Made by a program: the position numbers and the translations under genes
Notes under the pieces: generated by a model
The model's input: the letters and a program-made list of their open reading frames with translations, nothing else
What the model was told of the DNA's origin: nothing
Database searches by the model: none
Shown here: piece by piece, positions 52,862 to 64,000 of the stretch
Layout: the number at the start of each line of letters is the position of its first letter
Position numbering within the stretch: the stretch's first letter is position 1
DNA from: Octopus vulgaris
Taxonomy: Eukaryota
Assembly (NCBI GenBank): GCA_951406725.2
Contig: OX597815.1
Span: 56,792,001 to 56,856,000 of the forward strand
Reading direction: 5' to 3'
Length of the DNA stretch: 64,000 nt

Positions 52862-53517
52862 ATTAATAGTTATCGCCATACTAATATGGCATTCTTATAA
52901 AAATAAGAATAAAACTGTCCGCTTATTAGCTCCATGAGGCCATCACCTTAAGTTAGCTATTTGATACACAAACTGTATCCATATAACCTTCGAACAAGGG
53001 AGGTCAGTCACTCCACACTACTTGATCGACAGCTACAGACGCGTTTCGGGGTATTGCCCCTTGTCAATGTAGCGTAGTCAGACCAGTAGGTGTCGCTTCC
53101 GACTATCTCTGTTCGAAGGTTTTATTTACCTAGTTTCGGTGGAATACATCCACTTGTTTTCAATAATAGAAATATTAAAATTACTAAGTCTCTCTAAAAG
53201 AGAACACGGCAGCGTTCCTGGAAATTAATAGTTATCGCCATACTAATATGGCATTCTTATAAAAATAAGAATAAAGCTGTCCGCTTATTAGCTCCATGAG
53301 GCCATCACCTTAAGTTAGCTATTTGATACACAAACTGTATCCATATAACCTTCGAACAAGGGAGGTCAGTCGCTCCACACTACTTGTTCGAAGGTTATAT
53401 GGATACAGTTTGTGTATCAAATAGCTAACTTAAGGCGATGGCCTCATGGAGCTAATAAGCGGACAGCTTTATTCTTATTTTTATAAGAATGCCATATTAG
53501 TATGGCGATAACTATTA
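52862..53517 (-). mobile_element. Retrozyme/PLE pseudo-LTR-like unit: 362-bp period direct repeat plus 135-bp fold-back
   Basis: 52862-53024 is near-identical to 53224-53386; 53226-53360 is inverted at 53383-53517; HHR motif in the unit. Confidence 0.75.
53032..53073 (-). ncRNA. Minimal type-I hammerhead motif with core TTGACAA
   Basis: gctaca TTGACAA gggg-caata-cccc GAAA cgcg TC tgtagc; perfect stems; palindromic ACGCGU stem III. Confidence 0.65.
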
Positions 53518-55469
53518 GGGCATAATCTTAAAAGCAACCTATTCTAGACTTTATCTGCTATGGTTGATATTCTAATATCTCTGTTTTGTTTAACATATCC
53601 AAGATTTCCTTCCTTTGGGATTGGTACTGACCACTTTTCACCCAAATATCAGCTTTATCTTGGTGTAAGTAATAGATCCCAGAATACTCCTGTTTTCTAT
53701 ACTTTCAGTGACATAGTGTCAAAACCTAGTGTCTTGCTATTTGAAAGGACTTGGATTTAATCCATTAGTTCTTTAGTAACATCTGCTGTATCTATTACAA
53801 TATTAATGATAGGTTGGTCTATGAATTTTGGTTGATGTTCAAGTTGCTTAAATATGTGCTCCTTCTATTTGATAATTTGGTTTTTAGGTTTATTTGCCTT
53901 TAGTTTTCATATTTTCTTTTTTTCCTGTTATTTCCTACATAGTTACCTCTGTAAAAGAAGGTTCCATAGAAAATCAGATGTTTCTGTATGCAGATAATCT
54001 CGATGCATTACTGTTCTGCCAATGCAGTGACCTCTTTTATTTTAAACATTAAATTCAGAGTCTGATTGTTAATGGTTGAAAGTTGAAATATCTTTCTTAC
54101 ATTTCAAAAAGTAGTATCTTGTTTCAGTTCAATCAGGCTGTCTACTGAAGAAAGCACCCCTTATTTACCCACATAATAAGCTATAAAGTATGGTTATATC
54201 TTTGGAGAAATGTTAATTTAGATTCTATCTGTTGCTTAAGTTCTGAATGTCATCATTGTTCAACTAACTAGAATGTTTAATACTGCCATTATGGTTGACA
54301 AAGTTAGTTATCATTTACCATTAATTAGGAAAAAAAACCATGATTTCATTGTTTCTCAACACCCACTGTTTCTAAGCATGGCTTGAATGGATCATCAAGG
54401 TTTATGTCAGTTTGTATTTGGAGAGACTGTCCTCCTCATACATTTCATTATGGGTTTATTTTCTGTGGTTGAATGCCCTTCCATTTACCTATATACTGAG
54501 TGTACTCAGTATATTTTATCATTGCACCAGCTCTAGAGAGTTTGTCATATGTTGGATGAGAAAAAGGGTACTCTTGACCCTATGTCATATGCTTGTTTGT
54601 CAATCATTTTCCAAAGTGCACTGGGTGCATTTTGTCATTGCACCAGCACTACTGAAGTTATCTTTTAACCTCTAAGACTGATGAACTGTCACTACTCTGT
54701 GGTGTGCTCCAAGAAGGTTAATAAGAAAAATTATTAAAATAAGAAGAAACAAGATGTGTAAGTGGAAGAAGCAAGCATATAATGTTAGAAACAGGTGAGA
54801 GGATGGCATAGGGGAGGATGGGGAGATATGAGTGATAAGGGGATGAAAGGATATCAAGAGCAGCTGATGCAGATTCAACTGCCTTTATCTTTGTAATATG
54901 CTTTTGTAGTTCAAGTAAATGAGGCCAGTTACAGTACCATCAAAAAGGAACGGCCCAGTTAATTCTTTTGATTACAACTACACCATACCAACTCCTGGTA
55001 AATTAACATGATATTCCTCCATAATATGTGATTTCTCAGGTCTTCAGTAGGTGCAATTTTGGTAGTTAATTGAGTCATTTAATTTAAATGTAGTCTCATC
55101 ACTCCAAAAAATCTTTGTTGTAAAGTGTGCATCTTCTACACATCTTGCCAGGCACCATTTGCAAAACTCTGCATTTCTGTCCAGATCATCTTCATTGAAG
55201 GTATGAACTGTTCTTTCAATGCAACTTTTCCAATGATATTACTTCAGAATGTGATGGATGCTTGATTTCAAAATTTCCATCTCACAACTTGCTTTGCCAC
55301 AAAGACTTTCTTGAAATCTAGCAATATATCTCTAGTACCCTTTCTTGCTTTGTGGGAATTGTTGATGTCTGCAATCTTCCAGAGCATTTCTAAACAGTTC
55401 ATCTGCTTCAAACTTATCTCTAATTTGAGTGATGGTAAGTCGTATAGGTGTATCTGTTTGAAATTCCCT

Positions 55470-55683
55470 CCTACACTCCGTGAGTGTAGTGGGCACATAA
55501 AAAGCACCCACTACACTCACGGAGTGGTTGGCGTTAGGAAGGGCATCCAGCCGTAGAAACACTGCCAGATCTGACTAGGCCTGATGAAGCCTTCCAGTTT
55601 CACAGACCCCAGTTGAACCGTCCAACCCATGCTAGCATGGAAAACGGATGCTAAACGATGATGATGATGATGATGATGATGAC
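55470..55683 (+). mobile_element. RTE 3'-terminal fragment with (GAT)n tail and short inverted 5' end
   Basis: cacccactacactcacggagtggttggcgttaggaagggcatccag..gatgatgat; a similar fragment lies at ~57040-57212. Confidence 0.75.
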
Positions 55684-56339
55684 TGTCTTTGCACTTCAAC
55701 TGCACTTACAAACTTGCAGTAACATTCTAGCATAAATTTCCAATGTTATAAGCTTTGCCTGGTTCCCTTCATTATTTATAATGAGTTAATTCAAAAGAGA
55801 AATGAAAATTAAGTTCGTTATCAGCTGTTAAATTGTATATACATCTTTTTGGACACCTTGTAAATAGAGGGAACCTGTTGAAGAGTTTGACTCTGGAAGA
55901 TGTGAGATGAAGCCTTACTGAACCTTATGGAGCAAATGACAATGAGCCAAGACAACTGGCAATATGCTGTGCTTCAGAAGACCCATCCAACTAAGTAAAA
56001 TCGAGGCCATAAAGGTATGTCCTTTATGTCCATGCTCCCAGCCTATACAATCTGTCCCAGACAAATCTCCCCTGCCACATCTCATCTTCCCAACACTTCC
56101 TTCTCCTACCCATGCTCACTACCTACTGTATTCCCCTCCCTCTAGCTCCCTACTTGCAAGCAATTTGTCCCTGTTAGATCTCTTCCCCACAATGTATCCT
56201 CCTAATACCCACTCTTCCTACTTGTATCCATTCACATTCCCCATTTCCATCTCCTTCTCTCCTTTCATGATGTTGTGAACTTATCCACCCACTCATCCTC
56301 TCCAATCCCTGTCAATTTCACTATGTGTACTATATATAT

Positions 56340-56393
<54 letters not shown>

Positions 56394-56396
<3 letters not shown>

Positions 56397-56861
56397 ATGT
56401 AGGATAAAATTTTTTCGAAAAAAACAAATTTATCAATGGCCAGCATATTAAAAAATACCTCTAAAGGTTAAATTTATAAACAACTTATAAATAAGGGCAA
56501 ACGAAAGAATTTCCAATGCCAAATATGCCGAAATTTGACAAATTGTCCATAACCATATAATTTTTCACAATACGCATGCTACTCGAAAAAAAGTCGACAG
56601 AAATTTCTAAAAAATTCCATTATTTATTATAATAATGGAATTTATTTCTTTGCCACATTTATCACTGACGAAGGGAGGGTTCTTATGAACTAACCCTGAA
56701 ATCGGTCCGATATGGTAATGATGGAATTTTTTAGAAATTTCTGTCGACCTTTTTTCGAGTAGCGTGCGTATTGTGAAAAATTATATGGTTATGGACAATT
56801 TGTCAAATTTTGGCATATTTGGCATTAGAAATTTTTTCATTTGCCCTTATTTATAAGTTGT
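56394..56861. mobile_element. Inverted PLE pseudo-LTR-like insert between microsatellites (145-bp arms 56480-56624 / 56717-56861)
   Basis: The arms are near-perfect reverse complements; the spacer holds an HHR. Confidence 0.8.
56659..56718 (+). ncRNA. Type-I hammerhead ribozyme with intact core
   Basis: ttatca CTGACGA aggg...ccct GAAA tcg-gtc-cga TA tggtaa; predicted cleavage after 56712. Confidence 0.8.
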
Positions 56862-57394
56862 ATATCTATCTATCTATCTATATATATATATATATATATA
56901 CATACATACATACATACATACATACATACATACATACATACATACATACATACATACATACATGTGTGTGTGTGCACGCAGGTGCGTGTGTGTGTCTGTC
57001 TGTCTGGCAGATATTGGTGTCATGCAATATTTTACATGCCACCCATGCTGGTGGCATGCAAAAACACCCATTACACTCTTGAAGTGGTTGGTGTTAGGAA
57101 GGGCACCTAACCTAGATTAGAGTCTAGTGCAGCCTCTCAGCTTACCAGCCCTGGTCAAACTGTCCAACCCATGCCAGCATGGATGACAGATGTTAAATGA
57201 TGATGATAATAATCTGTATGTATATAATGTACATATAGTGCAGGCATGGGTGTGTAGTAAGGAATTTTCTTTCCAACCACAAAGTTTCAGAATCACTCCT
57301 ACTGCATGGCATCTTGGGCAAGTGTCTTCTTTTATATCCATAGGCCGACCAAAGCCTTATGAGTGGATTTGGTAGACAGAAACTTTAAAAAACT

Positions 57395-57452
<58 letters not shown>

Positions 57453-57485
57453 CCCAAATTAAGGAATGGAATAGATAAAATCCAG

Positions 57486-57571
57486 GTTACATAGCTTTCA
57501 TAGCTAGCAGAACCCCTGAAGTAGTAATTATCCAAATGAGGGGTAATCCACTAGCTACTCATCAGGCCAAA
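57486..57571 (-). ncRNA. Hammerhead-like motif with long stem II and decayed stem I
   Basis: CTGATGA gtagctag..cccct..agggg..ctagctat GAAA gc TA; next to a (TA)n tract. Confidence 0.5.
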
Positions 57572-57966
57572 GATACCTTAATCAAAAGAAGTTAGCATTA
57601 TCATCAAGGAATCTCATGTTGACTCGAAAGAGATTTGATTGAAAATGCATGGAAAGCATATAAATTGAAAAGAAAAGCACATTAGTGAAGAAGTAATAAT
57701 ATATGGGAGTGGATAAATGAAAATAATAAGAATATGAAAAAGGAAGGGAGAATGAGTAGGGGGAAATTTAGTATTATTGAAGCTAGCTAAGGGAATGTCT
57801 TTGTGAATTTAGGCTGGGGTCATTGTAGAATAATAACTAAGTAAATATATTGTGACACCTTGAACATACATTTAAGCAGAGTCAGAGAGAAAGATGTAGG
57901 AGTGGTGTCAGATTAAGAAATTGTTAGGAGTGGGGAGGAGATAATGTTTCTGGTCAGTAGAAGGAC

Positions 57967-60900
57967 ATAGATAGATAGATAGATATGTTTCTTAATTGGC
58001 CACACAGGGCTGAACACAGAGGGGACAAAATACAAAGTAGAGCTTTTCTTTTTGGGAAGGAAAGAAAAAAAAGGAGGGGAGTAGTATTTCGATCAAAAGG
58101 GATTGTGGAAAAAAAACAGGAAGCCAATCAATAGGGTTCGTGTATCACAAAAATGTCATAATGTAAAAGGGGAAACAGATTATGTTTATCTGTGGATAGA
58201 AAAGCCTACAGAAAAGACCACGGTAACCTCAGACAATAATGTCATGCAAAAAACACATTACAGTAAGTGACGCTTTTTTTTGCTTTCTTTTTCTGGTTCA
58301 TAGGATTATGCTCAAGGTGGCTCTGTCATTCACATGTGCCATCCTTGCTACATTTACCCATCTTTTTCTGAAACATTCACTAGACAAAACTTCCCTCTCT
58401 ACTCTCACCTTCTTCTTCAAGTGATACTTAAAGCAGTTGATGAGAGATTCACCAGAGAGGAAAATGTTTCTCTAGACCTTTCAGACATGTCCACTATACA
58501 CATTCTTTCGCCATAGCCACAAGTATGATGAAAATGGCTCTTCCTTCCCATTTCAAGGAAGGAGGCACAACAATATTCACGATAGACTTGGTTGATAAAC
58601 TGACTCATCCCACACACAATAGCAGTCATTCAACATAGGCCCACAGGTCGGAAATAGTTGGACACTGTACGAGTGCATGCAGAATGGTTTCGTTGCTCTG
58701 ACCACATCTCAGGCAGGTCAGCCCCATGTTTCTCGAGTCATGCCTGTAGAGCTTATCCTGAACGGGTAGCGCTTCTCGATAGCACTGCCAGGCCAGGGAT
58801 CTCTGGAAGTTGCCCATAGGTCCCAGCCTGAAAATTGTCTTAAACAGGTGGGTCAGGTATTCCTTGTCGACACCCAGGTTCGCACCAAGATCGTCATCAT
58901 ACCTCCCCTCCACTAATCCCCTATAGAATGCTTTGGTTGTGTTGCAGTTGCTCAAGGTTGACCCAGGATTGCATAGTTGCTCCAGAGCAATGCGACACTC
59001 GTGGTGCCCTTCCTCGACCTCTTTTTGATCCACGACTGCCGTTTGGTCATGGAGATGAGGTGCGGGACAGCGTGCCTCATAAACGTCTACCACACCTGTT
59101 CACCATCAGTAGGTAGTAGATGACAGACATGATGTGCATGCTTGCCTCCTCTGCCCGACCGTTTAGGGACAGCTTCCTCTTGGCCCATTGCCAGGCAAGA
59201 GTGACCACCCTACTCGTTATCTTGTTCCAGTTCTCTGTTTGGAGGTCCAGACCAAACTAGACCCCGAGCAACTCAACCGGACCGTCAGTCCAGCGTCCCA
59301 TGATGGAGGTGCTGCTAGACAGAATGGGCTTGCTTCTCCAGGTGCCAAGCTGCAAGCCCACTGACTTTTCCTGGTTGATTTTTGCTCCTGTTTCCACTTC
59401 ATAGTCTTCCAGTGTCTTGCCGACCAGCTTAATGTCTGTCTGGCTAGACACTATGACAGTGGCATTGTCCACATATGCAGACACACTTGTCCCACATCCC
59501 AATTCTCATGGGATGCCCCTCAGCATTGCCAGCTTTTGCAGGAGTGGCTCAAGAGTCAATGCGTACAGAAGCGATGATGGATTGAGGATGCAATGTTGAA
59601 GGGTCTCATTAGATGTCCATTCACGTGAATTACCGAACAAGGCAGCTATCCAGCTGCAGAAGACGGGGCCAAAACCAGCTGCTATGAGGACAGCCTCCAA
59701 GTATCGATGGTCTACCCTATCGAAAACTTTGGATTGATCCAAATTGATCAGGGCCCCACTCATGCCAGGTTTCTTAACTACCCTGTCTATGATGTAGCGC
59801 ATCAGATGGAGGTCATGGATGCTCTGGCCCAGCACAGTGAATGTTTGCACCTTGTTGACCAGTTTCTTGATGACAAGCGCCAACCTCCTGGCTAACACCT
59901 TGGCCAAAATTTTCAAGTCTGCATTGAGTAGAGTGATGGGCCTAAAGTTATGTATTATGACCCCCTTGTTTGGATCTTTCTTGAGCAGCGTTATGGCTCC
60001 TCGGCTCACAAAACTGGGGATGCTCCTGTTTTGCTGCCAGTTGCAGTACACTGCTGCCTAGACATCTCCAAACAAGTCTAGCATACAACTGTAAAGCTTG
60101 TAGGGTAGACCATCCAAACCCGGCATTTTGTCCCTTGAGCAATCTACCATCGCATCCAGCACTTCTGCTGCCATGGTGGCACCTTTGCAGCACTCTACCT
60201 CTCTTGTCGAGAGTCATGGCAGGCTGTGCAGGTAGGTACTGAAGTCCACCCTGCATTGTCGCTCGCCACTCGTCCTGAACAGTCAGGCAAAATGCTGTTG
60301 AAAGGCCTCACACATTTTACTTTGCTCGAGTAATTTGTGCCCCAAATTGGTGGCTTTGTTGCCCTGTTGCGTCTCCACTGCTCCAACACCTACGTTCCCT
60401 AGAGCAAGCATCCTAGCCCTGACAACACACCCTTCATATTTGGCTTTGAAGTGTTGGTTGAGGCCAACCTCACCGCCAAGACGTCAGATGCAATGCCACT
60501 TCTAATCACCTCTACTTTGTTTCTATCTATGACTAATGCTTTGCTATACCTAATCGCTTCTGCTTTTATTGTTCTTTTGAGGGCAAACCACCATTTGTTG
60601 TTGATGTTGGCTCCTGTCAAAGCCCTCTTTACTAACGTGCTAATCTGGTCTTTGAAAACTTGTCTCAACAGGAAAGACGTGTTTAGTTCCCAGTAACCAG
60701 GACCCTGCCTATGTGTCTTATCTAAGTCTAGCATACACTTCACAAGTTTGTGATCTGTATAGCTGACTGTGTGGAATTGTGGACACCCTACACTATCTCT
60801 GTCTACTGTCCTACACAGTATCCTATCTAGATATGATCTTGACGACCTGATGTGGTTGCTGCATGTCCAAGTTGGCGTAATTGGGTGATCAAGTCGGTAT

Positions 60901-62670
60901 CTGTGAGACAGTTGAAAGCATCTGAGCAGGTCTCTGAGGTATTTGCATCCCCGTCCATTCCTATCTCTGCCCACGTAGTCTAGATGCATGTCCAAGGTAG
61001 CATTCCAATCCCCCACTAAAAGTAAAGGACGAGATGTTCCTAGGAATACTTCTAGATATCGAAAGAAATCCAGCCAACCTGTTAAAGGCGGTGCATAGAC
61101 TGATACGAGTCAAAAAGCGCACCCACTGCTGCCGTTAACATCCAGGACAACCAGTCTACCCTCTGGGTCTTTGAGATCCAGACTCTTGTGAAAAAGTACT
61201 GCCATGCCACTACTGCCCATTCTCAGCAGATAGGGAGAAAAATAAATGTTAAACTGTCTGCCAAATATGGACTTTAGGGCCCATGGATTATGGAATCTGA
61301 TCTCACTTATGGCTATGATTTCTAACTTGGGTGACTTTATGTCATTTAAGAGGTACCCTTGTTTCCAAGGGGATCCCAAGCAACATGCATTCACATAACC
61401 AAACTCGATCATAATCCTAATGAAGTGTGTATATAAACACTAATGATAAGAACAGAGTGTCACTTACCAATCTCGAGGAGATCACTATAAAGTTTTTTGG
61501 AAGAGTACTTCTGGCATCTTTCACCCGCTTCAGGGTAAATGCATTTAGTGTGTGAAGCAGGGTTGGTGGGATGTGCAATATTTTAATGTGTTCTGGTAGT
61601 GTTGTGTATCCGTGAGTCAGGTTTGTTTTTGTGTTAATATATTCCATCAGCTCTGTATTTTTAGTCTTGATAGCAGTGAACATTGTGTGTGTGTTTGTTT
61701 TTGAGGTGTTGGTGTTGTGTGTGCTAGTGTTGCTGTTCAAAAAGTTTTCAGGAGTTGTATATCTCCCTGCTTTGTTTGTGTTTAGTTTGGTTTTTTCTTG
61801 CTCCTCTTCCCCTTTCCTTTTCTGGCTATTTGCCATTCCTCACTGCTTTCGTTTTCCAACGAAATTTCTGAGGAATTGGAAGGGGGTAGGGGCAAGTTGT
61901 AAGCTTCTATGTATGTTTGTGTAAGTGGTTGTGTTGTTGTTTTCATTGCTGTTGGTTGTTGATTGTTTGTGTAAGGTGTAGGTGATATAGAGGAGGGGGA
62001 ATCAGTCTTTGTATTTTCTTTTGTTTCTTTAGTTGTTGTTGGTGATGTTTTTCTGGCTGCTGTTGTATTCTCAGCTGTTGGTGTTGTCTTCTGTGTTGTT
62101 GGTGGTGTGGGTAGTAGTGGTTTCTTCCAGGATTTTCTGGTTGTGGTGGTGGTTGTTATTGTTGTTGTTGTTTTGTGGCAGTCAGACAATTGTTTTTCAA
62201 ATGTGTTTCACTGTTGCACAAATTACTGCATGACCGCCTGCCCTCCACCACTACATACAGTTTGTGGCCTTCAGTCTATTCTATGCAGGTGGGTATTCTA
62301 CTAATTGATGGCTGATCAATCTGTAGAAGGATCTTGAGTCTTTCTGATCCAATTTTGTTGTTCTAGAACAGCAATTTCTAGGATGTTTGCTTCCTCCATC
62401 TCGAACAGATGGCAGATAATAACCAGTGTGTCTCGATTTCCAGAGGCACATATTTTATTGTGACTTTTGTCACTCTCTGGCCTAGATACGTTGATATCAT
62501 CACTAACCCATCCTTGTTGAGGGTCACTGTAGAGAAACGTTTGGCTAGATCTTCGTCCTGGAATCAGACTTTGACTGTGCCAAATTTGTACCACCAGTAC
62601 ACGTATTCCTTGTGTGGCCAAACCAGACAAAAGCATTTTTCTATTTTTTGTTGTAGTGATTGCTCTGGTC
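57967..62670 (-). mobile_element. Near full-length Tx1/L1-type LINE (family B), degenerate, ending in (TATC)n
   Basis: ORF1 remnant with Thr-rich tail; APE (VNACCL, GDWNA, TDHK), RT (NFRPITLLN, DQSKVFDRV, AYVDN), CLRC..HALVQC; 3' end ggccaattaagaaa then tatc repeats. Confidence 0.85.
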
Positions 62671-62671
62671 T

Positions 62672-63512
62672 AGATAGATAGATAGATAGATAGATTTCTT
62701 TATTGGCCACGCAAGGCTGAACACGGAAGGGACAAAATAAAATGTAGAACTTTTCTTTTTGGGAAGAAGAGAAGGAAAAAAAATGTGGGTCAAATTCCAA
62801 TCGAAAGGGATTGTGAGAAAAAAAGAAAATGGGGATGATCAATGGGGTTCGTGTATCACAGAAATGTCAATGTAGAAAGGGAAAATAGATTAGGTTTGAC
62901 TGTGGATACAAAAGCCTACAGAAAAGACCACAGGAACCTTGGGCAATAGTGTCATGCAAAAGAAAACATTACATTAAGTGGCTCTCTTTTTTCGTTTCGT
63001 TTTTTTTTTTTTTTTTTTGGTTCATAGGATTATGCTCAAGGTGACTCCATCATTCATACGTGCCATCCTTGCTACATTCACCCATCTTTTTTTGAAACAT
63101 TCACTAGACAAAACTTCCCTCTCAATTCTCACCTTCCTCTTCAAGTGATACTTAAAGAAGTTGATGAGAGATTCACCAGAGAGGAAAGTGTTTGTCTCTA
63201 GACATGTCCCCCATACACATTCTTTCGCCACAGCCATAAGTATGATGAAAATGGCTCTTCCTTCCTGTTTCAAGGAAGGAGGCACGACAATATTCACGAT
63301 AGACTTGGTTGATAAACCAACTCGTCCCACACACGATAGCAGTTGTTCAACATAGGCCCACAGGTCGGAAATAGTTGGACACTGTATGAGTGCATGCAGG
63401 ACGGTTTCGTTGGTCTGACTGCATCTCAGACAGGTTGGCCCCGTGTTTCTCAAGCCATGCTTGTAGAGCTTATCCTGAATGGGTAGCGCTTCTCAATAGC
63501 ACTGCCAGGCCA
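62672..63512 (-). mobile_element. Second, 5'-truncated family-B Tx1 copy in head-to-tail tandem
   Basis: Similar to 57985-58795; ends ggccaataaagaaa(tcta)n; ORF 63022-63453 carries the C-terminal zinc finger. Confidence 0.85.
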
Positions 63513-64000
63513 TGGTATATTATTCTATAATATGTGAAATAATATATCATGTCAATATTGTTTTAGCAATACTGGAAAATGTCAACTCTTCAGGTATATG
63601 TATAAACAGGTTTGCTGAACTACCCATTAATATAAATTTGTGGTTTATGATGGGTTTGTTTTTTTGTTTTAAGATTGATATGTTAATGAAATGGTTATGA
63701 CAAGAGGTACATCTTGTGTGAAATAATGGGTTTGTTCAGCAAACTAGTTTATCCATATACCTGAAAAGTTGACACTTTCAAGTATTGCTAAAATAATAGT
63801 GATATGATGTATTATTTCACATAATATTTAATAATATTCCATCAGTAATCTTTTGGTAAAGTGTTGATGTAATAAAAAATTTATGCAATAAAATGTGTTA
63901 CTCACAACATTTTCTGTATTAATATTTATATAAGCTCTACAGTTGTCCATGAATTTTCAGATGTATCTCCACTGTGTGCATGTCTTTGGGTAGCATTTGT

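Overview
AT-rich, microsatellite-dense animal genomic DNA. The repeat families resemble those of octopus/coleoid cephalopods; this is inferred from recognition, not from a database search. Most of the window is transposon debris: RTE, CR1-like, two Tx1/L1-type families, HERO, R4/Dong, Penelope-like elements (PLE), Tc1, hAT-Buster, piggyBac, Helitrons and SINEs. The only host-gene signal is three phase-compatible + strand exons (32070-32119, 32946-32976, 49502-49642) that splice into an MRVI1-domain (IRAG/LRMP/Jaw1 family) coiled-coil peptide. The main structure not explained by the ORF track is a set of about 8-10 minimal type-I hammerhead ribozyme (HHR) motifs. They sit in palindromic, inverted or tandem PLE-pseudo-LTR/retrozyme-like units inserted at (TA)n. 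One HHR lies in the 3' region of an APE-RT Tx1-like LINE that forms a 7.3-kb inverted composite flanked by a 26-bp direct repeat. A 269-bp-arm near-perfect hairpin lies in the host intron. Boundaries of degenerate elements are approximate, and no ribozyme activity can be shown from sequence alone.
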